From the NCBI GenBank assembly GCA_041740975.1, contig JBGSKV010000114.1, forward strand, positions 1 through 53,236: a DNA stretch of 53,236 nt, in the 5' to 3' direction. Origin of the DNA: Oligoflexales bacterium. Its GTDB lineage: Bacteria; Bdellovibrionota_B; Oligoflexia; Oligoflexales; JALZUQ01. A program made the position numbers and the translations under genes. A model generated the notes under the pieces. It searched no databases. It saw only the letters and a program-made list of their open reading frames with translations, and was not told where the DNA came from. Below, in pieces: positions 38,673-48,265 of the stretch; the first letter of the stretch is position 1, and each line of letters starts with the position of its first letter.

Positions 38673-39578
38673 TCACGATTCTGCTGGCACAGAAGTTTTT
38701 CGGCAAAGCTTTCTGATCGACGTCGATAGTTTTTTCAGTACGGCGTCTTCTTGGTCAGCAATTCGCTTTACCATATACACTGTGTACGTCGTTTTGAGAT
38801 TTAAACCTGGTATCGTCAACGGTACCAATTGGCTGTCGGGATTAACACTTTTGTTATGCAGCGCCACCGTAAAACTGGGGCAATACACTGCAGCAAGTCC
38901 TTGCCTGGCGATTGCAAGAGCGGCATCCATTCCCGAAACTCGGTAGATCACCTTGCGTGGCAACTGTTTGTGTGCCCAGCCATCGATCGTCTGAACGTCT
39001 TGGGTTGAACCACTCACTTCAGCTGTTGAGGCTACGAACGGAATATTTTCGAAAGAAAGATCGGCAAATTTTCCCTGTAAGACGAAAGCTTGCATTTCAA
39101 ATTCTGTGATAGGTAAGAAATCAAGTCCTTTTTTAACAAAGGGTATGTAAGTCAGTCCGATATCAACCGAGTGATTGAGAACAGCCTCTTCCAAATCATT
39201 GGGTGCTATGCGGCTTTGCCGAAGTTCGAGGTTGTCAAAACCAGCCCCAAGTACGGCATCGAGTAAGTAAGTCGTAAAGGTGCAGTAAGTGCCTAGGCGC
39301 AGCAACTTGCGATCTTTTACTGAGTTTGCAGTCAGTGTTCGGGATAACTCTTCATAGTCTAGTAGGAGTTTGCGACTGCGCTTATAGAGGATGCGGCCGG
39401 CTTCGGTCATAGCGAGCTTATTGCCGGAATGCGCGAAAAGCTCGACGCCAAATTCGTTTTCCAAATGTTTAATTGATTTGGAAACTGCTCCTGGACTGAG
39501 GCGTAAAGTCTCAGAGGCCTGACGCAAGCTTGAGGCGTCCGCTACGGCACAAAAATATTTTAATTTATGGAGATCCAT
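38673..39578 (-). CDS. LysR-family transcriptional regulator
   Basis: N-terminal HTH MDLHKLKYFCAVADASSLRQASETLRLSPGAVSKSIKHLENEFGVELF plus a substrate-binding domain. Confidence 0.8.
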   Translation of the reverse strand: MDLHKLKYFCAVADASSLRQASETLRLSPGAVSKSIKHLENEFGVELFAHSGNKLAMTEAGRILYKRSRKLLLDYEELSRTLTANSVKDRKLLRLGTYCTFTTYLLDAVLGAGFDNLELRQSRIAPNDLEEAVLNHSVDIGLTYIPFVKKGLDFLPITEFEMQAFVLQGKFADLSFENIPFVASTAEVSGSTQDVQTIDGWAHKQLPRKVIYRVSGMDAALAIARQGLAAVYCPSFTVALHNKSVNPDSQLVPLTIPGLNLKTTYTVYMVKRIADQEDAVLKKLSTSIRKLCRKTSVPAES

Positions 39579-39667
39579 GGATAAGTGTTTACCAAATGGA
39601 AACGCTTCGTGAAAGGAATAAAATATAGCTCTTAACCAAAACCTGGCAGTGTAAAAATAACAAGGAG

Positions 39668-40105
39668 GTGCTTATGCTGTGGATTTTAGGGATCATAGTG
39701 AGTTTGGTAGGCGTTCAGTCTTTTGTTGTACAGGCAGGGGATATGAATTTTAGAGAGGTCGCGTGTGGGGTGATGTCGGAGCCGGGTGCCAATGGGCGAT
39801 CTCCAGTGACTGTGGTCTTAACTCGTCAGCTTGCAAAGCAAAGTGGACAGAGTCATTCGTATAAAGTGGTCATTAGGAACTTGGAGCCAGATCAAGAAGA
39901 CAATTACGAAATCGTTGCGACTTATGACGTGGTGATTCTCGAGTCACGCAGAGAACAAAATGGTTTGTATGTGGAGTTCGGATCGTTAGATGAAGTCGAG
40001 CCATTCCATCTCAGTCTGCGGCCAGGACCATATTTGCCTCTGGCGGACGTTTATATAGACGGGGAAGTGACTTTCAAAGTTCTCGAATGTTCCGTTCGCA
40101 ACTGA
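39668..40105 (+). CDS. Hypothetical secreted protein
   Basis: Signal peptide. Divergent from lysR. Confidence 0.4.
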   Translation: MLMLWILGIIVSLVGVQSFVVQAGDMNFREVACGVMSEPGANGRSPVTVVLTRQLAKQSGQSHSYKVVIRNLEPDQEDNYEIVATYDVVILESRREQNGLYVEFGSLDEVEPFHLSLRPGPYLPLADVYIDGEVTFKVLECSVRN

Positions 40106-40199
40106 GACTTCGGCGGCACAACGAATGCCAATGCATTCTACTACGCTGTTTTCATGAAATAAAAAAGACAAAGTCAAGTTCCTAGTCTACAATTGCAAA

Positions 40200-41093
40200 A
40201 TGGATATTCAAACCAAATCGGAAGAGTTGTGGCAGAAGGTTCTCCAGATTTGGGATCATTCTCTGTTTAAACTCGGCACTTTTTCCGTAAGTTTGCACTC
40301 TATTGTGTACCTCATAGGGCTTTTGGCTCTTCTCTATTTTGTTTCTAGCCGCTTTCGTCGATTTATGATGGGACGATTAGCAGGTTATCGGGCAAGCAAT
40401 CCCAATGTTGAGACTGTGCTGTCGTTGGCGCATTATTGTATTTTATTCCTCGGTGCCGCAGTGATCTTGAATTCTGCTGGCCTCAATCTCAGTGCTTTAG
40501 CAGTGTTAGCCGGTGCTATTGGTATAGGTTTGGGGTTTGGACTTCAAAATATTGCCGACAATTTTATTAGTGGTTTGATCATTATGTTTGAGCGGCCCAT
40601 CAAGGTGGGCGATCGAGTCGACGTTGGAGAGATTACGGGCCAGGTTCGACGCATCGGGATGCGTTCTACAACAGTTCTGACCAACGATAATATTTCGACG
40701 ATCATTCCCAATTCGAAGTTTGTCTCTGATCAAGTTATCAACTGGAGCCATTCGGGTGGCATCGTTCGATTGCGTATTCCGATCAGTGTTTCCTACAAGT
40801 CAGATCCTAAACATGTCGTCAAAATTCTCGAAGAGGTGATCAGCAACTCACCGAAAGTTTACAAAGAAGATAGATCGGATGTCATCCTAGACAGCTTTGG
40901 CGATAGTTCAATTAATTTTACGATGCGCGTTTGGACCAGAGATTTGGCGAAACGGCCGGGCGCATTAAGGCACGATATCAATATGGCCGTATGGGAAGCC
41001 TTTAAGGCAGAAAAAATTGAGATTCCTTACCCGCAGTTGGATTTGCACGTGCAACGGTCCATTGCTTCAAAATCAAAGCATCCAGACGATTAA
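40200..41093 (+). CDS. Mechanosensitive ion channel (MscS family)
   Basis: 3 TM helices plus the conserved MscS beta-domain (GLGFGLQNIADNFISGLIIMFERPIKVGDRVDVGEITGQV). Confidence 0.75.
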   Translation: MDIQTKSEELWQKVLQIWDHSLFKLGTFSVSLHSIVYLIGLLALLYFVSSRFRRFMMGRLAGYRASNPNVETVLSLAHYCILFLGAAVILNSAGLNLSALAVLAGAIGIGLGFGLQNIADNFISGLIIMFERPIKVGDRVDVGEITGQVRRIGMRSTTVLTNDNISTIIPNSKFVSDQVINWSHSGGIVRLRIPISVSYKSDPKHVVKILEEVISNSPKVYKEDRSDVILDSFGDSSINFTMRVWTRDLAKRPGALRHDINMAVWEAFKAEKIEIPYPQLDLHVQRSIASKSKHPDD

Positions 41094-41138
41094 TCGTCTG
41101 GATGACGACGGCCGCGAAGCGACCGAATGCCTAAAAAT

Positions 41139-42050
41139 CTAGGGATAGTTTCTCAGCTTGGTATTTGTCGCTTCTTTAAACCACATCCATAGTTTTTCAG
41201 CTTCACGTTCCGTAAAATTTCTTTGGACCGGCATACCAGAGTCAAAATAGTTGCCCTTATATTTAGGGTATTTGACATGAAGAAAAAGATCACCCGGTTG
41301 GCGTTTCTTGTAAAGCGGAATAGGACCATTGATGTTCCAGCCAAACTGCGCCCCTAAGCCATCGACACCGTGGCAATACTGGCAGCGTTTCAAAAAGACC
41401 TTTACTCCTTCAATGGATTCAGTCGTTTTTCCGGTAATAAACTGGTCCTCATAGGCTTCTCTGACAACGTATTCAATGCCAACTAATGTTGACATGGATT
41501 GCCATGGACTAAAGTCTTTTTTAGCTTCCCAGTCCGTGTAGGGATGGGCGCCAGACGCTACAACGACTTTATTCTTCTCAAAAGTAATGGGAAGTGGCGT
41601 CAAATACATGTGATGCATTTTTCGAGACTTCGGAAAACTATCTTCCCATATTTTGTCTTCTTTAATTCTGGTCGCAATAAAAACGGTTTGACCAAACTGC
41701 TTTTCGGCATCACGCAAAGGGAGGGGGATGAGAGTTTTATTGGTAAAATGCAGAATGATTTGGTCTTCTCTTCCTTTTGGGAAATGAGCCAAGAGATCCT
41801 TCAAGTAAAATCCTTCATAATTTACCGAGCGTTCGTACTGCATATCGAGAAGCTTCTTTTGTGTTTTTTTCTGCTTTGCAAGATCAACGACTTTGAGATC
41901 TAACTTTTTTCCCTGACCAACTTGATAGTTTCCGGGACCTCTTCGCCACATTTCAATTGTGGAACCATCTTGGGCTATGGCAATAGCACTCAAGTGGATG
42001 CCGAGAACTATGAAAAAAGTACGAAAAAAAAGATTGTGAATTTTGGTCAT
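41139..42050 (-). CDS. c-type cytochrome family protein (single CxxCH)
   Basis: Signal peptide. Motif KRCQYCHGVDG. Confidence 0.5.
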   Translation of the reverse strand: MTKIHNLFFRTFFIVLGIHLSAIAIAQDGSTIEMWRRGPGNYQVGQGKKLDLKVVDLAKQKKTQKKLLDMQYERSVNYEGFYLKDLLAHFPKGREDQIILHFTNKTLIPLPLRDAEKQFGQTVFIATRIKEDKIWEDSFPKSRKMHHMYLTPLPITFEKNKVVVASGAHPYTDWEAKKDFSPWQSMSTLVGIEYVVREAYEDQFITGKTTESIEGVKVFLKRCQYCHGVDGLGAQFGWNINGPIPLYKKRQPGDLFLHVKYPKYKGNYFDSGMPVQRNFTEREAEKLWMWFKEATNTKLRNYP

Positions 42051-42341
42051 GATTGAGACTCTCGTTTCTAAAGTTTGTTTATAACTTCTGATTAAAAAGT
42101 TACGAATATAAACGGCTATGCCTTTATTCTAACACCTTAAAACTGCACCTGCTAATTCATATATGAAAAGACGCATCTTGAGTGACAACGAACTTTTTCT
42201 GTGTCAAATTACTCAAGAGTGAATTCGATATATGCAAGAATGTCTGTCCAAGCGTAAACTCAATGAGTGCAAAAAACTTTTCCTTGCCTCTGCCGTTAGG
42301 CGGTTTGGTTTGACTAAGATTCTAAAAGCGGGAGGTCTATC

Positions 42342-42758
42342 TTGAAAAAACTAATGGTATTGATAGCGTTTTTTGTGGTTTCTTGCGGAAGTGACAACGC
42401 CAAAAAGGGACAATCATTTGATCCCGATGAAGAAGATGGGCCCAAAATCGCATACCTTGTCGGCAAAACGATTGTCATGTCGTTCGACGAAGAGAAAAAG
42501 ACTATGGAAGTGAAAGTCGACTCGGCGAGTGCGTATTCTGGCACTTTACCCAATGGTGATCCCATTGCTGGATCCTTCGTTTACTCGGTTGATCAGTTTG
42601 GGTCAAAACTTCAAATGACTCAAACATCACAAGACGGTGGCACAGGCTCAATGAGCTTAGGCTGGAGTGATGCAGCAAGCGGAATCTGCACTTACATGTT
42701 CAAAGCTTCGGGAGAAGAAATCGGCGAAGCGGATTCTGGGCTTTTCGTTTTGGAGTGA
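42342..42758 (+). CDS. Hypothetical lipoprotein
   Basis: MKKLMVLIAFFVVSCGS lipobox. Confidence 0.45.
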   Translation: MKKLMVLIAFFVVSCGSDNAKKGQSFDPDEEDGPKIAYLVGKTIVMSFDEEKKTMEVKVDSASAYSGTLPNGDPIAGSFVYSVDQFGSKLQMTQTSQDGGTGSMSLGWSDAASGICTYMFKASGEEIGEADSGLFVLE

Positions 42759-42832
42759 CTTTACGCAAGTTCACCAAAGAATAGTTAAATGAACAGAAAG
42801 CCGATTTTATCAGTACTCAGAGGTTCAATCAC

Positions 42833-42846
42833 CTGCACCGGTACAG
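42833..42846. repeat. Variant copy (CTGCACCGGTACAG) of the 14-bp palindrome, 10 nt 3' of the HNH gene stop
   Basis: 13/14 match to CTGCACCGGTGCAG. Confidence 0.6.
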
Positions 42847-42855
42847 GCGGACACA

Positions 42856-43788
42856 TCACTGTGTCCAGGTTTGCATGAACTCGCCTCCCAAAGCTTGAGC
42901 TGCTGCAAGTCGATTATGTGCTGGACACAGCAACCTTAAGTTATTTGCTGAGTGCTCTCCTCCAAAACACCACATCGTCTTGTGATCCATTTGAAGATTT
43001 GCCGTCTCACGACATTGTCGTCTTTCCGGGCTTAAGTAACTGCACCGGTGCAGTTGAGATTGATATACTTGGTGACGAACTTCAGCTGGAATATACCGGG
43101 ATCGAAGATTAGTCGGTTTATTGTCGTTGAGAACTTGAACTTCATCTGCACCGGTGCAGGTGGTGGAATGGGTTTGTTTTTTCTGCTGGCGAGACCTGGC
43201 GCGTTCAGCCTTGCGGGCAGGGTCTTTCTTATCAAGGAGAGCTTCCAAAGCTTGTAGGATGACCGTATCTCTGGTGACCTTCTCATTGCCTTTTTGTAAA
43301 AGCCCTTGCGCTCGTTCCAGTTTCTCAACGACATCTAATGGTAAGCGCAGTGTGATCTCGACTTTTGGTTCCGCGTCACGAATGGATCCATCGCCTTGAA
43401 CTTGCAACAGAAAGCCTTCAAGATCACGCTTGGAAAGATCAGGTAAGCGGTCCAATATCACCTCGGCGTTTGCTGGCGTAATATGGGGCGAAAGAAGACT
43501 TAGATGAGTCAGATGCGTTTCATTATTTTTCAGAAGTTCCATCGCTTTTGGAAAAAGGCTTATAACATTAGCTGCCTGCGATAACCGCCAAGCCCGATCC
43601 TCAGAAATCTCCAGGTAATCTGCGCAGAAACTTGCCAAGTTATGAAATCCCATTAGAACATGGAGTTTTCGTTGTTTGATTTCTCGCAAGTGGCTAAGTA
43701 AAAGCACTTCTTTTTTCTTTAGATCGTTCGCTAGATTTTTTGCTGATGAGACCAAAGCTTCGTTTGAAATAACTTCGAGATTTTCCAT
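42856..43788 (-). CDS. HNH endonuclease domain protein
   Basis: C-terminus HRCSYLSPERRQCRETANLQMDHKTMWCFGGEHSANNLRLLCPAHN has the C..C...H...N...C..H HNH motif. AAGGAG sits 6 nt before the ATG at 43788. The ORF track extends upstream. Confidence 0.65.
   Translation of the reverse strand: MENLEVISNEALVSSAKNLANDLKKKEVLLLSHLREIKQRKLHVLMGFHNLASFCADYLEISEDRAWRLSQAANVISLFPKAMELLKNNETHLTHLSLLSPHITPANAEVILDRLPDLSKRDLEGFLLQVQGDGSIRDAEPKVEITLRLPLDVVEKLERAQGLLQKGNEKVTRDTVILQALEALLDKKDPARKAERARSRQQKKQTHSTTCTGADEVQVLNDNKPTNLRSRYIPAEVRHQVYQSQLHRCSYLSPERRQCRETANLQMDHKTMWCFGGEHSANNLRLLCPAHNRLAAAQALGGEFMQTWTQ
43040..43053. repeat. Perfect 14-bp palindrome CTGCACCGGTGCAG, copy 1 (inside the HNH gene, coding LHRC)
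   Basis: Exact sequence match. It is self-complementary. Confidence 0.8.
43146..43159. repeat. Perfect 14-bp palindrome CTGCACCGGTGCAG, copy 2 (inside the HNH gene, in a different frame, coding CTGA)
   Basis: Exact sequence match. Confidence 0.8.
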
Positions 43789-44040
43789 GTTTTCTCCTTT
43801 ATGACAGGAGTGACCATAGCATGGGTTTTTAAAATCAAGTTTTATACTAAGGTTTAATCGCTCGAGATAACGGTTCTCAGCGCGCAAACGCTGTCAGTAA
43901 CAATGCAAAATAAAATTTTGAAGAAACATTTTCAAAAAAAAGAAAAAGGCGTTTAGAGTTTGATTGTGAAGTCGAAAAAACCTGTCAACACAAAAATACA
44001 TATTTAGAAAGAAAACATCTAATGACATGACTTGTCTAAA

Positions 44041-44054
44041 CTGCACCGGTGCAG
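44041..44054. repeat. Perfect 14-bp palindrome CTGCACCGGTGCAG, copy 3 (intergenic, about 250 nt upstream of the HNH start)
   Basis: Exact match. The shared flank AACTGCACCGGTGCAGTTG matches copy 1. Confidence 0.8.
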
Positions 44055-44362
44055 TTGCCTAAAGTAACCTCGACGATCACTGGTGGACGATAACATCTGA
44101 AGTAGTGATGATGGCTGAAAGGTCGCAACCCCCAGCCAGCATTTATTTCTGGCTCTTTCAGAGTTGGCTGTTCATTCAACTATATAAAAATAGTAATTTT
44201 CAGTAGTTCTTTGGTATTCGAACCAAAAAAAAATGATTAGAACTTAATCATTATCACAATAGGCGAAAACCTTCTCGATAAAGGCTTTGGCGGTCTTTTT
44301 TATATTTTAACGTTCTCTTACTTTGAAACCAGCCGAAAAACTGAGAATATAATCACTTCAAA

Positions 44363-45409
44363 ATGAATAAAGGGACATTTATGAAATTGGTTTCAATGCT
44401 AATTATTTTGGCCGTGTCGATATGGTCATGCGGTAAGGACGACAAAGATAAAAAAAGCGGCGGTTCTTTTGACAGCGGTATCCCCGCTATAACACCAATC
44501 ATTGCAAGCACGCTGCCTGCAACATTCAAAGAAGGCTCGCTTGTCCTATTAAAGACCTTTAATGGTTGCGGTGCAATCGCAACTCCGGAAGACGCCGTCG
44601 AATGTCTAAAGAGCCAGGTTTTCAATAAACCTACCACTGGCAGTGACAATACTTTTTATTTGAAATGGGTAAGCCAACTAGATGAGCGAATTGCTGAAAT
44701 GGAAAAAAGATTTTCAGAAATTCCACCATGCTTTAAGGCGACAGCCGTCACCTTCCAAGCGGATTTCGCGCTTAATACCGCAGTAAGTGAAACCTTCAAG
44801 TTGCAGTGCTGGGAGAGTTTAACGTCCCCTCCGGGAGTTGAGGCTCAAAAAATGGCGGTAGGCGTCGATGCTCAAGGTAACTTTAACCTTGTGCTTGTGA
44901 CTAAATTCACTAGCAATAGCGGCATCGTACTTCTTGGTAAAGCCAAAGCCAACGGCAAGTCTGCCGATGTGTGGGTTCTGAATACGAGCGCTACTGATAC
45001 AAATGTCACTAGAGTCATTGCCGATAAAGATTCGAATTCTTTTGTATTCAACTTTGCAGCGACGGATTCAAATGGCAATCGGTTTTGCGATATTTTCGCT
45101 CACAGTAATGGAACCGATATTTTTATGGCTGCTACACCGGGCGGAGTATCATGCGGTAGTGCTGTCGCGTTTGCCAATAGCGGTTGTTTAAGCGCCAGCG
45201 ATATCACTCAAAATGGCACGGATTGTTCGGCGATCAATACCTTCCCTGCCGAGTTCACACCAGCAGAAGTGACTTTGACCTCACATGTTTCTGCAACAAC
45301 AACAACAAATGCGATGTCCATCATCAATACGGATTTTGCGGCATTGAATATTGGCGAACTCAAGGCCAACACACCAGACGAAGAAGGTGACGGCGACGAT
45401 AAGAAATAG
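44363..45409 (+). CDS. Hypothetical lipoprotein
   Basis: MKLVSMLIILAVSIWSCG lipobox. Confidence 0.45.
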   Translation: MNKGTFMKLVSMLIILAVSIWSCGKDDKDKKSGGSFDSGIPAITPIIASTLPATFKEGSLVLLKTFNGCGAIATPEDAVECLKSQVFNKPTTGSDNTFYLKWVSQLDERIAEMEKRFSEIPPCFKATAVTFQADFALNTAVSETFKLQCWESLTSPPGVEAQKMAVGVDAQGNFNLVLVTKFTSNSGIVLLGKAKANGKSADVWVLNTSATDTNVTRVIADKDSNSFVFNFAATDSNGNRFCDIFAHSNGTDIFMAATPGGVSCGSAVAFANSGCLSASDITQNGTDCSAINTFPAEFTPAEVTLTSHVSATTTTNAMSIINTDFAALNIGELKANTPDEEGDGDDKK

Positions 45410-45491
45410 TTTACATGCGTCAACCAGAGCGAAGCGAAGGATATCGTCATCCGTTATCCTTCGCTTCTCTCAGCAAGGCGAAACTCAACTT

Positions 45492-45956
45492 TTATTGCGT
45501 GATATTTAGCTCAAAATTTTCACGATAAACTCTGATTTCGAGTCTCGTGCCAGAAACAGTTGTTACGCCCAATCCAAAACCGCTGCGATCCCGAACAAAA
45601 GCTTGAGCAAAATCCGGCCCGCCATGGAAGGACAGAGCTCGTCCATTGATGTCAAAATGTGTGCCGCTATGTGAACTATAAAACTTCGCCTTACAGCTAT
45701 ACTCACCGGTGGTTTTGGCGATGCACTTCCACTGGAACAGTTGTTCTCTCCAACCCTTCGCCATGCCAACACCTTCATCTACTGCATTCACATGCTTCAT
45801 TCTTTCATAAAGCTTGGCAGCCGCTCCGTCTTCGCCACCTTCAATATAGAGCAGAGCAGCGGCATAACCATCTTCGAATAGAAAAGTAATCTGATCATTT
45901 GATGCAAGGGCATTCCCGGCCATCATGAAACTAACGAACAAAATCCATGTGCGCAT
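45492..45956 (-). CDS. Hypothetical secreted protein
   Basis: Signal peptide MRTWILFVSFMMAGNALA. Confidence 0.4.
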   Translation of the reverse strand: MRTWILFVSFMMAGNALASNDQITFLFEDGYAAALLYIEGGEDGAAAKLYERMKHVNAVDEGVGMAKGWREQLFQWKCIAKTTGEYSCKAKFYSSHSGTHFDINGRALSFHGGPDFAQAFVRDRSGFGLGVTTVSGTRLEIRVYRENFELNITQ

Positions 45957-46389
45957 ACTCTCGATCTCCTAGGCAGAAATATGTAAGAAATTCTGCATCA
46001 GTGTATGCGAGATCCTCCGAAAAATCATTCCAATTCATTCGTTCGGTTTTCTTGGCCATGATGCCCTCGTGTAAAATATTGTTCCGTTTGTAGCAAAATT
46101 TGCTGGTTTTTTATTCAGCTCATGTGGACCCAGTGGAGCGCTCCTCTAATGGCTGTGTTACTATCTCCTTCTTAGTTTGGTAATTTTCTTCCATGTAGCG
46201 GATGCGGTTTTTGCAATGGTTAGTGACTAAGGAAGACAAAAAAGTTTCGGTCTTGCTAGAGGTGTCTCGCCAACCGTCCTGCATGATTCAAGTAGAAAAT
46301 TAACAGACAAGAATTAAATGAATGCAAAAACCTCTGACGACACTGATATATTCGTATTGTCCTAGTGTTTTGAAGAAACAGGGCTTCCT

Positions 46390-48159
46390 ATGTTTATGAC
46401 CTATGTTCCTATTGTACTGCTCACTGTTTTACTGGCGTTGTTTGTTTGGAATAAATGGCGCTATGATGTGGTCGCTGTTTTCGGCTTAGTGGTGGCGGTC
46501 ATCATCGGCATCGTTCCGGCCAACAAAGCATTCGAAGGATTCGCGCACCCGGCGGTTATTTTAGTTGCGGCGGCACTGATCATTAGTCGAACTCTGCAAC
46601 TGTCTGGTGCATTGCACGCAGTCCTTGGCTTTTTGCCGGTGAAAGGCAAACCACTCTGGGCTCAGCTTCTTATTGTTTGTTCAGCGACTATGTTTTTGTC
46701 GGCATTTATAAACAATGTTGCTGCTGTCGCCCTTATGATCCCATTTGTTATTTCTTTGGCTTATCAGTCCAAAACATCGGCCCGACTATATCTGATGCCA
46801 ATCGCTTTTTCTTCGATTTTGGGTGGGATGATCACGCTCATTGGTACGCCGCCGAATATCATCATCGCTACTTTTCGTGCACAGGCCGGCAAAGCTCCCG
46901 CTTTCTCGATGTTTGACTTCACGCCTGTCGGAATCACTTTGGCGCTGGTTGGTTTGGTTATCATTTGCTTCGCGGCGCGCCGACTCATCCCGGCGAAAGC
47001 AGTAGTAGAATCAACCAGCCTTATGGCAGGCCTTCGCGAATATCTGACGGACCTTCTGGTTAGTCCGGAAAGTCCCATGATTGGAACGACCATCCGCGAG
47101 TTTATCGAAAAATATCCAGAAGTGGTTATTTTGGGGGTGCGACGTTCAGAAAAAACGTATCTCGTACCCGCACCCTACGAAAAACTACAAGCTGAGGATG
47201 TGCTTATCATCGAAGCTCCATCGGATAATATTGGAATACTCGTTTCCGATGAGAAGTTCGTCATTCAGGCCAATATCAGTACAAATGAAAAAAACAATGT
47301 TGAGGAGATGATGATTGTTGAACTCATCGTACCATCGAGCTCAGCTTCCTTGGGGCGTTCCTCGAAACAGTTAGATATAAGATGGAAGTACGGCGTTAAC
47401 GTTTTGGGAGTCGCACGTTCGGGCCATCGCATGAGTCGACACCTGGCGGATGTCATATTTACTGTTGGCGATATTGTACTAGTACAAGGAAGCGGCGAAA
47501 GAATAACGCAAATCGTTGAGGATATGGGTTGGGTTTTTATATCTGAGCAACCGAAGGTCGAAATAAGAAAGAAAAATGTTATTTTGCCAATAGTTCTTTT
47601 TGCCAGCGCGATTTTGGCGAGCTATCTTGGTTTTTTGAATATCACGATTGCATTCGTCGGCTGCGCTTTAATTTATGTGGTGCTAGGACTGCTGCGACCA
47701 AATGAAGTTTATGACGCTGTCGAATGGCCTGTTATCGTCTTACTGGCCTGTTTGATTCCGATCGGCGTAGCAATGGAGACATCAGGATCTTTGCAGCTTA
47801 TTGCAAACTTAATCGGTGGGCTCGGAAAATCCTTAGGTCCTGTTAGCGTACTTGCCATTTTAATGCTGGTGACTATATTTTTGACGAATATTGTCAATAA
47901 TGCCGCAGCGGCAATCGTCATGGCACCAGTTGGACTACGGCTAGCAGAGCAACTGCAGGTCTCACCTGACACCATGTTGATGGCAGTTGCTATTGCCTCT
48001 TCAACGGCATTCATCACGCCAATTGCCCATCAGTCGAATACTCTGGTCCTGGAACCGGGAGAGTATAAGTTTCAAGAATATGCATATTTGGGATTGCCGC
48101 TGACCATTTTTGTTTTCATAGTCTCCATTCCAATGTTGCTACTGTTCTGGCCTCTTTAG
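46390..48159 (+). CDS. SLC13/DASS-family anion permease with two central TrkA-C (RCK_C) domains
   Basis: Transmembrane halves flank two TrkA-C-like segments (e.g. MIGTTIREFIEKYPEVVILGVRRSEK...AEDVLIIEAP). Confidence 0.75.
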   Translation: MFMTYVPIVLLTVLLALFVWNKWRYDVVAVFGLVVAVIIGIVPANKAFEGFAHPAVILVAAALIISRTLQLSGALHAVLGFLPVKGKPLWAQLLIVCSATMFLSAFINNVAAVALMIPFVISLAYQSKTSARLYLMPIAFSSILGGMITLIGTPPNIIIATFRAQAGKAPAFSMFDFTPVGITLALVGLVIICFAARRLIPAKAVVESTSLMAGLREYLTDLLVSPESPMIGTTIREFIEKYPEVVILGVRRSEKTYLVPAPYEKLQAEDVLIIEAPSDNIGILVSDEKFVIQANISTNEKNNVEEMMIVELIVPSSSASLGRSSKQLDIRWKYGVNVLGVARSGHRMSRHLADVIFTVGDIVLVQGSGERITQIVEDMGWVFISEQPKVEIRKKNVILPIVLFASAILASYLGFLNITIAFVGCALIYVVLGLLRPNEVYDAVEWPVIVLLACLIPIGVAMETSGSLQLIANLIGGLGKSLGPVSVLAILMLVTIFLTNIVNNAAAAIVMAPVGLRLAEQLQVSPDTMLMAVAIASSTAFITPIAHQSNTLVLEPGEYKFQEYAYLGLPLTIFVFIVSIPMLLLFWPL

Positions 48160-48265
48160 GAGTCGGATGTTCGGGAAAAACAGGATTACCCTAGACTTTT
48201 CCCGCGAATCTTGATTAAACCGATATAGAAATTCGTTTTTCAAAAAAATCTAGAGGAGCTGCTTA

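Noticed and set aside
42856-43788. HNH gene as part of an IS element, intron or prophage
   Set aside because: No transposase, integrase, terminal inverted repeats or target-site duplications are visible. Only the internal and flanking palindromes are unusual, and these are reported as a finding.
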